From assembly GCF_009914755.1 (NCBI RefSeq), contig NC_060934.1: a DNA stretch of 64,000 nt; one strand, given 5' to 3'. Every line of letters begins with the position of its first letter. Within the stretch, counting starts at the first letter, position 1. Below the pieces are notes generated by a model. That model did no database searches and was not told the origin of the DNA. It saw only the letters and a program-made list of their open reading frames with translations. Source of the stretch: the human T2T-CHM13v2.0 reference genome, Homo sapiens. Below, in pieces: positions 29,098 through 44,006 of this stretch. Both the position numbers and the translations under genes were made by a program.

Positions 29098-29184
29098 AAC
29101 TATGACCTTTAAGAGAGAAAGTACTACTCTATTTATATATTATGTGCATGTGCATGCCCATTATTTTCCTTGTTTGCATTCATT

Positions 29185-29502
29185 TTCTTTTCTTCATTCT
29201 TTCTTTTTTTTTTTTTTTTAAGACAGGGCCTTGCTCTGTCACCCAGGCTAGTGTACAGTGGTGCAATCACAGATCACAGTAGCCTTGACCTCCTAGGCTC
29301 AAGTGATCTTCTCACCTTATCCTCCAGAGTAGGTGGGACTATTGGTGCAAGCCACCACAGCTGGCTATTTTTAAAATCTCTTTGTAGAGACAGGGTCTCC
29401 CTATGTCACCCAGGCTGGTCTCTGACTCCTGGACTCAAGTGATCCTCCAGTCTCAGCCTCCCAAAGTGCTGGGATTACAGGCATGAGCCACCATGCCTGG
29501 CC
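29185..29502 (-). mobile_element. AluJ
   Basis: Diverged antisense Alu. Confidence 0.9.
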
Positions 29503-32500
29503 TGCATTCAGTTTCTTAAAAAGTTGGTTCTCCATTACTAAGGCTCTGCTAGGTGAAATTGTTAGAAAATCATCATGCAGTTGCCCTTCATTGTTTATAG
29601 GATTCTTATTCCTGGCCTTGACCTTGGTCAGTCTTCTCACAGAGCTCCCATTAATTTCAAAGGCCAACACAGGAAAGGGACCCATCAGGTAGAGAATTTG
29701 CCAAAAATCTATCCTCACCTGTTGTCAGTGCCTTCTGGGAGCTGATGTGTGCTTGTGTATCACCCTGCTCTCCTTATCCAAGAGCCTATAAAAGGTTCGT
29801 GTTCTTGACCCTTCTCATCATGTACACTTGATTAGAATAATATTATGTGTTAAAGATTTTATTGTTAGTCCTATGTGCTGAATTTGAGATTGGTCTTAAT
29901 AGATTTTCTTCACTTTGGAAACTCTGGCACTTTCTTCCAATGTGACTATTTTTATGATGACAACTTTGGGCTTGAAACTGTTTGCCTTTAGCTTCTGTAG
30001 AATTTTATAACCTGTAAAATAACTTCCATGTTCACTGTAGTCATTGTCAAAGTTGAAGCATGTCCTGATACAGATATGTGTGTGCATATGCACCCACACA
30101 GTCATGTGCATGTAAATTCTTTTTAAGTTTATGTCAGATTCCTGATTGAATTCTGCAATTTAATTGCAGTTTTTTTCCTACCTTACTTAACAATGATTTT
30201 TCATCACTGGAATTATAGCTATGTTACCATTTTATGGCAGAAGGAGCAAATTTTTGCTATGACTTTATGGCATTTCTAGTTGTTTGAGTTTTCCAAGTAG
30301 ATGAAGTATATATTTTCCAGAAACAGTGCTAACATGCTTTATATATGTATATAGTTTATTGGTTTTAATACAGTTGTTTCTGTTTATAATCCTTCTTAAA
30401 TGACTTAAATTATTATCACCTTTGTTTGCTTGTTTTGCCCAGTGACTTTGATCTTACCTAGGAAATAAAGAGCAAAGATAAAACCAGATAAGATTTTGAG
30501 AGATTAATTATAAACTGATGACAAATTTGGCTTTGTTAGATGGCACTAGATGGCACTGTTTGTTTGCAGAGTGCCATTTTTTAAAAAAGAAACTATGGTA
30601 GTAACTGAAATTACTGCCTCATGAATAAAATATTTCTGATGGGATTTGCATTTCTATATTGGCTGAAGACACTGTGTTGAATGTTTTATTAACCAGCCCA
30701 GTGCAACTGTCAGCCTATTAAAGAGATCCAATGGTCCCTGTTTAGATAAATAAGCTAAATAAATCCAATTCGTCAAATTGTATTTCTGGCTGTTTATTTT
30801 CCATTCTTTTGATGTACAGTTTATTTTAAGTTAAAGCCACATCGGTTTAAAAATTAATGGAAAAATGTTATTTGGTGTTTGGAACATGAAGAAGCTAATT
30901 GCCATCGTCAAAAAGCCAGCTCTGTTTTAATGTTAAATTGTTTGCTCATAAATAGTAAACTTTTTAGTGGTTGCTTACAGACTGTCCCATGGTCAACAGT
31001 AGTCCAATATTCTGCAAATATATGGCCAGAAACTGTGTTATCAAGACTAGTGGAATCTCCGTTTAATTTCCCTGGGAAAAGTACTGCATAGTTTAAAAGA
31101 CAAACCTTTTCCTTGGCTTTCCCTTTGAGTCACTCTCATTTTTCATGTATGGTATACTATTACTTGGAAAGAAAAGTAGCTAATTGATTTTTAAATGAAA
31201 TGCCTTTTATGAACGTACTTGCTAGTCACTCTCCTGGTAGAATATCAAACATTAAAGAAGAGACAGTGATGCTGTGGTAGTGATGTTGCTGAAGGGAACA
31301 GAGGCCTTAAGGTGATGGCTCAGTATGGTAGTGATGTCCACATGTTCATTGTCCTCTTAAGGCTTACTTACGTTCTAGAATTCTTGAAACTCACAATTTA
31401 ATACCACAAACTGAACTAGAAGATTTCATACTTTGGCCCTAGGGTTACAAAAGTATTTGAATAAAGTGTGTCAATTTTGTGCTTTGCCAAACTGAAGTAA
31501 GGTAGCAATTTGAAATGACACATCATGATTCCAGTGTCTCATTTCTTTTTTCATAAGTCTTCAGTTGCTTTCATACCATTCTTATTGGCTTTACCCAGTT
31601 CCACATTTGTGAGATGTGGAACAAAATTTAAAATGGGTTAGGCACTTTTGACTTAGCATATAGCTTTTAGGTGAGTTTAGCTGGTGGTGGTAAAGACTGA
31701 GCCAGATCTGATCTCTAGGGTGAAGATTTTTAAACTGTGTAATAGTGGTTGAGTTTTGCTATGTCAACTATTTTAAGCTTTCTTATACAAGAAGTTAAAT
31801 TGGGACTAGAATAGATTTTGCCAGAGACTTTTCTGATGATTTCAAGTCCTCATAAACCTAGCAGAGAATGGACCATGTGTACAAATAGTCTCATTTTTTG
31901 CTTATATTGTTTTGTTTGACTTTGTGTCCTTTAGTTCCCAAAACTGGATGAACTATGTTTTAGGAGTAAAAACAAATAACAACTGTGCAGTCAAATTGTG
32001 CTTTTGGCTTTTCTTTTAAGAAGTTCATCAGATCATGGATTAAAAAGCCTTTGCTAGAAATGCCTCTGAAATGCTTAAGTGCGATCATATTGGGAAACCT
32101 CTAGAAACGTGACTCCATCCTCAGTGCATTTTATTAGTTCTTGAGGCTCCTCATCTTTGCAAATACACCAAAGCTATTACAGGTCAAGCTCCATCAAAGA
32201 AGATTCTAAGGAAATGTCCAAATTTTCTCATTCTCCATTTGGTTCTGTTAAGTATTATTTAAACAAGTTACCACTGTCTTGGACTTGGAAATGTACTGTG
32301 AAATGAAGACTTCTTTTATTAGTCATGAAGAATTTGACCTGCAATTGCATTATTAAAATGGAGAAAGAGTGTTAGATTTTATGCTTTGGAAAGTCACATT
32401 GCATGGCATTGGCCTTGGTGTGAAATGTCTGATTATAGAAATCAAATGAGTTTCTTAAAACTGTATTTTGTACTTTAAAACAAGGATGCCCTTTGTTAAT

Positions 32501-33632
32501 CTCTTCTGAATTTTTTATCTGATACCTTTTGATTTTCATAATGGAGTATTGCATCTTTGCATATTGAATGACTGACTTTTTTGTTTCATTGTTTTCTTAT
32601 TTTGACCTTTTTCTACAAACCTAGTCTACAAAAAATTCATCTGAAGTAAGGCTAGAGTTGTCTTACTTATGGAAATGTAATTTTTAAAGTAAAGCTTAGG
32701 AGAAAATTACTATCCTCATAGCTAGCATCTTGCAGATTTATATTCATTTTAGTTTCAGTGAAGTTTAAAATTTTTTACTTTTTTGAATGAATGTGGTTCA
32801 GTGCTAACCATTTCATCTTTGTATGATCCTGGGCTCCTAGTTGAATGTTCTATTTATACTTCAAAAATATTATGTATATATTATTAGATTGCTAGAAGTA
32901 GTGAATCCTATACTTTTCTAATATTGTGTGCAAGCGAAATTTGACCATACTACCAAAAGAGAAAGTGAAATAGTCAGAAAAGCCCAGGCAGTGTAGATTG
33001 GAGGCCTTGGACATGTGGCATATTCATTCTGTGCTTCAGTTTCCTTATCTGCAAATCTGGATTCTAATACCAACTCTGCCCACCTAATGGGAAAATGCGA
33101 GGGTCAAATAGATAACGTTAAAACACTTGGAGAACTGCACTGCTTTTTAGTCAGTGACTTTCCTGTGAACAAGTGGTAATGCTATAATTAAAGAGGTTAG
33201 AGGCTAACGTATCTCAAGGTCAGAAAATTTCTTAAATATCCTGAAAATGTAAACCCTCTTCTGCGTTGCTTCAGAGCGCTAACTGTGGGAGCGTACACAA
33301 AGGATTAAAATATGAAATCTTCCATCTCATTCTTGAATATGACCTTCTGAATTGGATTGCTTTTGTATTCTAGCACATTTTGTTTTGTAGAAGACATCTT
33401 AGAAATTAATCACTCTATGATAGTAGAGTCAGAATTAAAGGAAGAAGAAATATGATATTACATATTATTTTATATCATTTTATTATTGTATTATATTACT
33501 ATTTAGAGTTATATTTGCACTGAGTTTTTATCTAGAGTTCATAATACACATTGGATTACTTTGGATTTCCTTCCCATTTCTTCCCTAGCTTCTAATAACT
33601 GACACACCCGGCAACATTTAGAAGTCACTATT

Positions 33633-34728
<1,096 letters not shown>

Positions 34729-35544
34729 AGTATCTGTTAAATATTGTCATTCATATTGATAAAGTATTGACTTTAGCGTACATACCTAAAGACAGCAAGA
34801 AAATAGCCCTATAATTTAAAAGTTCCAAGTATTGTTACATACTGAGAACTTGGCCTAGAGTATACACACACATAGAAGGCAGTGTAATACACAGCTAGAA
34901 ATAATATGGTAGAAACGAAAATGACTTAAATCAGGCTCTCATTAGTAAAACAAATAATATTAAACAAATGTCAAACTAAAGAACAAATGAGGAAGCTGAA
35001 GCTAAGAACTTTCGAGCTGATGGTGTTTTAGTCACTTCAATAAAGTCAGTTTTAATTTTGGTGGTTCTTAACAATTTTTTGTTATTGTTTTGATATAGAT
35101 TACTATAAACAACTTACATAGTGCAAGTGGCCAAAAGATGAATAAGACAAATTTTTCAGGGAGCTTGTTGCCTTAATAATTACAATACTGTGGTAAGCAC
35201 AATTACAGAGGTACAGATGGGATCGTACGTGGAAACAGGGAGGGTCATCCAACCCATATGTGTGTGTGTGCATGTGCATGTGCATGTGCGTGTAGGCATG
35301 CATGCGTGTGTAGGAAGTGAGGGTTTTGAGGAAGGCACCCTCTGGGAGGTGATATCCAAACTGAGACTTGGAGGATAAGGAGGAATTTGAGAGAAGCAGG
35401 GTGTAGTCAGGTTGAACAACATGAACAAAGAATTTTGGGGAGGGATAGTGGAAGGGAGGAAGGGGAGGACTGGAGTGTTTGAAATTGCTCCAGGTGTAAA
35501 ATATAGGGCTAGAGACTTGATTCTTATACTTTGCTATACATTAG

Positions 35545-35690
35545 AATCTGAGGATCTTAAAAAGGTTCTGATGCCCAGCTCCCACTCCCAGATGTTGTGA
35601 TTTAATTGGCATGGGGTGCAACTTGGGCATCAGAAGGTTTTTCTAAATCTCAGGTGATCCTCTATGCAGCAGAGTTTAGGAAATACTGAG
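35545..35690. mobile_element. MER5-type hAT MITE
   Basis: cattagaatct...gatgcccagctcccactcccaga...ctcaggtgatcc...agtttaggaaatactg. Confidence 0.7.
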
Positions 35691-38277
35691 CCAGAGTATG
35701 GAGAACTGAGCCAGAGAGCTTGAGAAAGCCTTATTGGTTAAGTTGAGCAGTTCAGCCTTTATCTCATTTAGGATTAGACGCTATTGAAAGGTTACTTGTG
35801 CTGGGTAATATGGTGGCTTTATATTTAATGAAGCACCTGAAACAATGAAGCTTTTTCTTCCATATGGGTTGCAGTGCCATTTTATTTTATTTTTATTTTT
35901 CTCCTTGAATCTTTAATGTTATTGTTTTAAATAAAAAATTTAAAGTTGGCAAAATCCAGTATTTTACATTTATTCTGTATCAAACTATTTTAAAAGTTAA
36001 TTTCCTTTCAGTGTAAAGTTAGGTGTTAGTTGGGGAAAACAGAGAAGCCGCGACTGAATAATGTTTCTGCTTAGGTGGCAAAATGAGTACTTTAAATTTT
36101 CAATTAAGCTTAACAAGAAAACAAATCCTCAGTCTTTGATTGCATACGGACTGTCTCTTTGGCCTACCTTAAGCCAATGCCAATGGAATGTCTTCATATG
36201 AAGTTTTGTTTTCAAATTTGCAGTCTAACTGCTTTGGAAATAGGTATATTAACTCCCTGGTAAGAAGGGAAATATGGTTATAAAAGTCTTGTATATGTAT
36301 GTTGTTTCTGCATTTAGTAGGAGACACTATATATGTCCATTTTTTTTCTTCACCCTGTGAAGTCTTGTAAGGCTGATTTTAACTTAATTTTGTACAAGAA
36401 TTGTCAAGAAATTGCTAGTAATCTGTAATCAGAGAAAAAGAAGTAAGGATGTGATGGATAAATAGGATTCTGTTATGGCCAGCATCTTCATTGATCTTAG
36501 CAGAATTGCTCTTTGCCTCCCCAGTGTCTGTATTTTCTCTTGGCAGTGAGCCGAGTAAATTTGGAACAGAAAGAAAGAGAGAGAAAATCTGCTTGGTTCC
36601 AAATGATGATAGCTGTGCATTGGTGTGGGGAAAATAACGTACAACTTGATAGTACAATTACTAGAGGATTTCTTGTATCTTGTTTAGGGGGAAAATTGAA
36701 GTTCCTTTTGTGGCTAGATTGGAAAATTTCTAGCTTAACATAACCCGTAACTTATGATATCAGTTTGAATGATCATCATATCAAGGGATAGAATTTTTAA
36801 TTAGGAAATTACTTTTAAAAACTATTTCTGAATAGTAGTCAGGAAGACTTAGAAAAAAATACTATCCTGTGTCTTAAACAATTGCTATTTTAAAACCTGT
36901 TATATTTCTTAAAGCAAAATAATTGTTATTTTCTCAGTTTTTTAACATAATATATTGATGAAAGAGTTTTGGTTCATAAGTATATTATTTTGCTATGGAC
37001 TTTGTAATCAGAGAGGTTGTCCTTATGAAAGTGTGTAATTTCAAAATGTTTTCATCATATAAATTTACTTCTTTTAAGCAAATTGTTGTACCCTCAGGTG
37101 GATTCTGAGGATATAATCTTTCTATGTGTCTAGAAGTAGAGATCTAGGGTGAAGTTTTTGTCAGTGCATTTTATATCTGAGAGGGCTTTCTCCCTACTCT
37201 GTTTAGAGAACTGCCAGAGTAGTAAAATTGTGCTTTCTAATTCGAATGAAAAATGGCCGTAGATGGCACTGTGGCTCACACTAATATTTAAAATATACCA
37301 TATTTTGGCATTTTGTGAGAAAAATTTCCAAGACCAAATTTATTTAAAATAGTCTCTTTGCATTAAGAATTTGCTTTTCACTCTGAAAAGGCATTCTTTT
37401 TAACCCAGTAAAATTCAAAATGCGAACTGTATTTTTAAAATATTAGCAAGCAATATTTTATAATAGATTATGAGCAGTTGTATTTCTTGTGCCCTTGGTA
37501 ATGTATTTCAAAGCTGGGTCTCTTTTAATACTATTTCTACAAAATCTTTTTACATAGGGATGACACATAGAAAGTGAAAATTAAATTATGCATATGCCCA
37601 TGCTTCTCATTCTTACCTCCAAGAAAGCATCGCTGAAACCTTGCCACTAACTCAAGGTATTCTGTCTTTTGAATTCTGTCGTGACTGGGGCTAAACAACT
37701 GTCACTGGCAAGTGACAAGAGGCACAGACAGCAGGGGAAAGAAAAAGAGAGAAAAGAAGTAGGCGTAGGAGAAAATAAAAGCCTAAGAGATGGGGAGGAA
37801 AAATACCCAGTATCTTCCAGGAGGGTAAGGATGCTGGAAGCAACTGTCTCGGGTGCCAGTTTGTTGGTGCTCAAGCAACGATCTGCCTACTCCTGCTATA
37901 TCCAGATGCTTTTAATGTCTTTTTTGGAATCTAGAAAGTACTAAGAAATGTCTCAAAGTACAGACTGATGTTATCATTACATTTAAATTTGCCTAAAGAA
38001 TTCTGCCAGTTCTCCAATTAAAAAAAAAATCCATAAAGAGCTGCTCAGCTTCAGGGTTGTCACTGCATGCAAATAGTGAGGAAGATTGCACGACAATGAA
38101 TATTAACCCAATTTTATTTTTGTAGTCCATGGCATAAACTCGAGTGTCTGATGCATTTCTACCTTGATATTGATACTTTGATAAAGTCAGGATGCTGCCT
38201 TTTAGGGCAGCAAAGATATGATTTTTCTTTTGACTGAACACTAGTGGTAATGGTAAGTCTTTCTCTTTGGTCTAGAA

Positions 38278-38497
38278 CAGGATTCCTCAACCTCAGCACT
38301 ATTGAAATTTGGGCCTGAATAATTCTTGTGAGGGGTGGTCCTGTGTCTTCTAGGAAGTTTAGCAACATCTCTGGCCTCTACCCACTAAATGCTAGCAGAC
38401 TGCCACCCCAACCCCAGTCATGGCAATCAAAAGATGGCTCCAGATATTCCAAATATCCCGTTGGGGGCAAAATTATCCCTGGTTGAGAGCCACTCAG
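38278..38497. mobile_element. MER20 hAT MITE
   Basis: ctcaacctcagcactattgaaatttgggcctgaataattcttg...ggttgagagccact. Confidence 0.85.
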
Positions 38498-38549
38498 TCT
38501 AGAATGACGTTGATGGGGATTTCAGAGAGAGAGAGAGAGAATATTAACA

Positions 38550-39010
38550 ATAACAATTAAAGGCATCTAATAGGCTGGATATCATGTTGTATATCATTTA
38601 TTCTTCACAGCCAGTTTATAATTCAGACACAGGAGGTGATGAAAGCTAACACACTTTCCCAAGCTCTCCTAATTTGGATCCAGGACTAGAAATCAAGTCT
38701 GTCAGACTTTCAAGCTACTAAATCATGCTCCGTTATAGCATTTATATTTAAAGAGTCACTAAATTCTCTGCTCATCTAATGTGTAGAGTTTAAAGATGAT
38801 TTGGTTCATAACCAACCTACACTTATTTCAAATAGGCTATAAACCAAGAGAGGCAGTGTGATGCAGCAGCAGGTACACTAGATTAAAGGTCAAGAGTTCT
38901 GACTTTGGGTGTCAGCTCTAATACTAACTAGCTGAGTGCCATTGGGCAAGTCATTGTGTCTCAGCTTCTTCGACTCTAAGATGCAGAGGTCAACCTCCAT
39001 GCTTTCTAAG
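38550..39010. mobile_element. MIR fragments
   Basis: gaggcagtgtgatgcagcag...actagctgagtgccattgggcaagtcatt. Confidence 0.55.
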
Positions 39011-39742
39011 GTCAGTAAGCATTGTTGTTTAATGATGCTGAAAATTTGAATACTTGGCATTTTAAGGCTTGTGAAACTTTTCACATTGCTTTAAATCTAT
39101 TCTATATCTAGTTTAGGACAATCAGTATGCTTTGGAATATTGGGCTCAACTTAATCTGTTAGGCTCATAATGATATGTCTTCCATGTCTACGATTTCATA
39201 ACCATTATTCACCTCCTTTGTGAAGTCTTTTCTAGGACTTCATGATAGATTTTCTTTACTTTCCATTCACCTTGACACTTATATTTGTAACCTGTATCAA
39301 CTTACACACTGTTTCCTTGTCAGAGCTGAAATGATTTATCGATTTTCACTTACTTAATTAAGTTTTATTACTTCAACCAGTTATGAGATCTTCAAGAGAG
39401 GAGAGTGGGTCATCTATTTTTTGTATTTTTGAAGTATTTAACAGATGCTGTACATAGTAGCTGTTCAATAAGTGCCTGTTGATTAATTTTAAGACCCAAG
39501 ATTTATGATTTTAAAGCAAACTTTTTAGGAGAAACATCTATAATAAATGATAGGCACACAAAACATAAGTATTCCAATGAAAAAGTTGCATCTAGTATGA
39601 ATTATTCTTTAAATGCAATTTTTATTTAACTTAAATAGAACAAAATAATAATGCCATGTGTTACAGTAAGTGTTTTCTTTGTTCTGACTTCTTTTAAATT
39701 TCTCTTACCTAGGAATTAAGATGCTTTAAGAATGAAGTTTCT

Positions 39743-40216
<474 letters not shown>

Positions 40217-40939
40217 TTATTTACCTTATCAGTAGTTATAGTGACATATGATTGTCAACTTTTTATATTAAGACCAAACTAATAAATTAAACATGTTGTG
40301 TTTATATCTGATGAAAGCTGACGTTTTGGAAGGATGTTAAAATATACTGACAGGTCCGGTTCATAAGCTCTTTTGGTATAAATATGCAGATGACATCTTT
40401 AGATATTGTTTGTACACATGCTGATAGAAAGCCTTGACAATGTAACAAATGCAAATGTCAACCTCACAATTTAACCTTTCTGTGTAGAGAAAAGATGTTA
40501 GTTTTAAGTTGCCTGTATCTTTTAACTTTATTTCAAAGTTTTTATTATTTTTTAGCCTGTTACCATTACTGTTTCATGTATCACTAAAAGCAGCTGTTGG
40601 AATAAGATTTGTACTTGAGAACTTTTTTCTGTGGTGCTCCCATTTAAATGATTGCAACTGCAGAGATGTATATATTTTTCTGATTTTTAAATGTTTTTTT
40701 CCCATGCTCATTTCCTGCCTCTCGGATCTTTTTGTAGCATCCTTTTATTTATCTATACAAAGTACTTTGGGTTAATAAGTGAGCCTAAGGGAAATATTAT
40801 GAATCTCCCTTTCTGTCCCACACATATTTTATGTTAAAACACTTCTTATAACACTTTACCACGCGTATGTCTGTGCTAAGATCAAACAGTTTAGAATGCC
40901 ATGTAGCACTGCAGAAAATTTTGGTTTATGGAGGCTTAT

Positions 40940-41160
40940 ATGTGACAGCAATGGGGTGGACTGGAAAGAGCACTGAACTTCTAGTTAGAAGGCCTGGATT
41001 TAAATCCTGCCTTGGCCACCAACTACCTTTGAGAATTTTTGCAGGTTAACTACACTTTGGGGCCTCCCTTTTTCATTTGTAAAATGGAAATAATGATACT
41101 TGTTTCACCTACCTCACAATGGGTTAATCATGAAATAATACATCATGAAAATGCCCTGAA
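40940..41160 (+). mobile_element. MIR
   Basis: ggaaagagcactgaactt...cctggatttaaatcctgc...tttcatttgtaaaatggaaataatgatac. Confidence 0.7.
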
Positions 41161-41390
41161 AATGTATTTTGGAAAATACATGGAAAAGACACATTTGGAA
41201 ATCCTTATTACAGTGCCCTTATGTGGTACATCCTTGATGTTTTCTTGTTTACTTGCTCTGTTTCTAATAGACTACTTTTCTGCTTAAATCTAAAACTAGC
41301 CTTGGAAATCTGAGTTTTCGACACTGTTAAATCCAAGATATTAAGATTTTTTAGTCACTGTACACAATAATCATTAGAAATAATATCACA

Positions 41391-41517
41391 GAATATACAG
41401 TTGTATATTCTTAAGAATATACAGTTGTATATTCTTAAGAATATACAGTTGTATATTCTTAAGAATATACAACTTATATTTAGAATATACAACTGTATAT
41501 TCTAAAGAATATACAAT
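41391..41517. repeat. 24-bp quasi-palindromic AT-rich minisatellite (gaatatacagttgtatattcttaa)
   Basis: Three exact copies at 41391, 41415 and 41439, then inverted or degenerate copies. Confidence 0.95.
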
Positions 41518-41770
41518 GTAACAAAAAGTGCAAATAACCAATAATGTTGCCTACAATAACACACTCAAAGACCACTGGTACCCTAAGTTTTGTACTTATA
41601 CATAAATCTTTTTTTTTTCCTTGACTTTATGGCCAATCCCTAGGCCACAGTAATTTCTGCATTTCCACATCCACATTCTTCTATTTATAGTGATTTTTGA
41701 TTTTGCCACATTTAATCTCTCTTTACTGCAGTGCATTGTGTATGGTTCTGTTAAAACAGTAATATTTCAG

Positions 41771-41814
41771 ATAGAGATACTATCACTATTTAATAGAGAT
41801 ACTATCACTATTTA
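41771..41814 (+). repeat. 22-bp exact tandem duplication
   Basis: atagagatactatcactattta x2. Confidence 0.95.
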
Positions 41815-41924
41815 AAGGGAGAAGTGACCTCAGATTAAGGAGGCTTGTGTAGGCATATATATCTTATAAATACTCTGCATCCGGGTTGAGAAATACTATG
41901 ATAAAACTGAACAAACTTAAATGC

Positions 41925-42285
<361 letters not shown>

Positions 42286-43811
42286 TAGCATTCATTTTGC
42301 TCCCAGTTCTTCCTGACCCCCAAGCCTCATCATTTTACAAGCATAAATTGTCTTTATTTGCTTGCTGTAATCAAATTAATCGGACCTTGTTATGTACAGT
42401 TGCTTCACTTACTCTCACCTAGTTGTCTTTTTATACAAGCTATTCTGTCTGGAATTCTCTCCTCCTGCTTGTAACCTATGGCCTTCTGTATATAACTCAA
42501 AAATCATTACTCCAACTTAGTCTTTCTGGCTGATGCCATCCCCTCTACTTTATATATCTTTTATAATATATTTACCTGAAAGGAAGAAAACACTTTTGTC
42601 CAAATAGTTTAACTTAAAAATTGGCTGTCATCTCAGAATTTAACTTAAATTTATACAAATATTTTGGTAGTAGTTAATAGGTATATTGGTAGTAATTTGG
42701 TAGTTTGGTACATTTGGTAGTAATTAATAGGTACATTTTCTGCCTGTGTAGATTGTTTAAGAAAACAGTGATAATTATGCAAAGAAATGTTCAAATAACT
42801 GTTTGGGTAGTGATTTTGGCTTATTGGGTCACATTTCATCATGTTATAAATAAATTAAAAGAGTACTGTGGTAGTGTCAGAATACATACTTCCAATTTAA
42901 TTTAAACATGTTCCTTATTGCTTCATCCTGCATTCTCCAATGTTTGTACTATCAGGTACTAAACCTTATATTGCCTTTTAGTTTACTTTGTTTAATTAGT
43001 GTTGTTGCTCCAACTACATTATATGCTATTTTAGAGCAGGAACTGTGATATAGCATGCTATGTAAGAGCATATAAATTCTAAGTAAATATTTCTGAATGA
43101 ATAGATGAATAAGGTTATCAAATCTAATATTCTAGAAAAATTGAAATAATTGTCCAACTAGCTATTCTCTGTATTAAGTGAAGAGTACCAAGTCGAACTA
43201 TCATTATAATGCAGAGCTTTCCTAAGTCTGACTAAAATGCCTCTGTTATTCTTGGTTAAGATAGAGGATTTTGCTATCCATATCAGCCAGAACCAGACCC
43301 AAAGGTATTATTTAATAATATTATTGAGCTGATCAGTGGCTTGAGCAAGAATTAGAAACCTATATTATTTGATTCTGTATTCAGCGTTACTTCCAGTGTA
43401 CCACTTTGTCTTCTATAATTTGCACTTCTTGTAGTGGTCTGACTTTTTAAAAGTCATGCAGGACTCTGGCTTCCTCTAATTTCTCTGGTCTTCATTTCTT
43501 TTTGGTTCAATATTTGTGGAATATTATGTTTGGAGGAATGGGTAACCAATACTCTAGGAATGTCTATGTATTTTGGGTCCCAAGAGCTAAGTATACCATG
43601 AAAGGAAGCACTGTTGGGGAATGCAAGCCTCAGTAGTCCTAGAAACTACAGTATTATATCTTATGTATTAACAAAGTTTTTTTTAATTAAAGGAAAAAAA
43701 GATGATAGTAAACTCTTTGATGTCATCCTTTTATTTTATTCTCGTGTTTTGGAACTTTGGCCTCTTAGCTCGCAGTTTCCTCATCTGTACAATGAAGTGC
43801 TTAGACTAGAC

Positions 43812-44006
43812 CAGTAGTTCTTAAACTCAAGCAACATCAGAATCACTGGGAGTGCTTGTTAATACACAGGTTGCTGGGTCTACCCTGGAGTTTCTGATTC
43901 TGAAGGCCCAGGTGGGGCCGAGACAGGGCCTGGGGATTGACATTTCTGAAGAGTTTCATATTGAGGCTGAAGCTGGTGTCACAGGACCATACGTTGAGAA
44001 CTACTC
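43812..44006. mobile_element. MER5A inserted in a MIR
   Basis: cagtagttcttaaact...catcagaatcactgg...ttgagaactact, flanked by MIR halves. Confidence 0.8.

Noticed and set aside
41391-41517. Palindromic repeat array as a CRISPR-like locus
   Set aside because: No unique spacers, no cas genes, and a primate intronic context.
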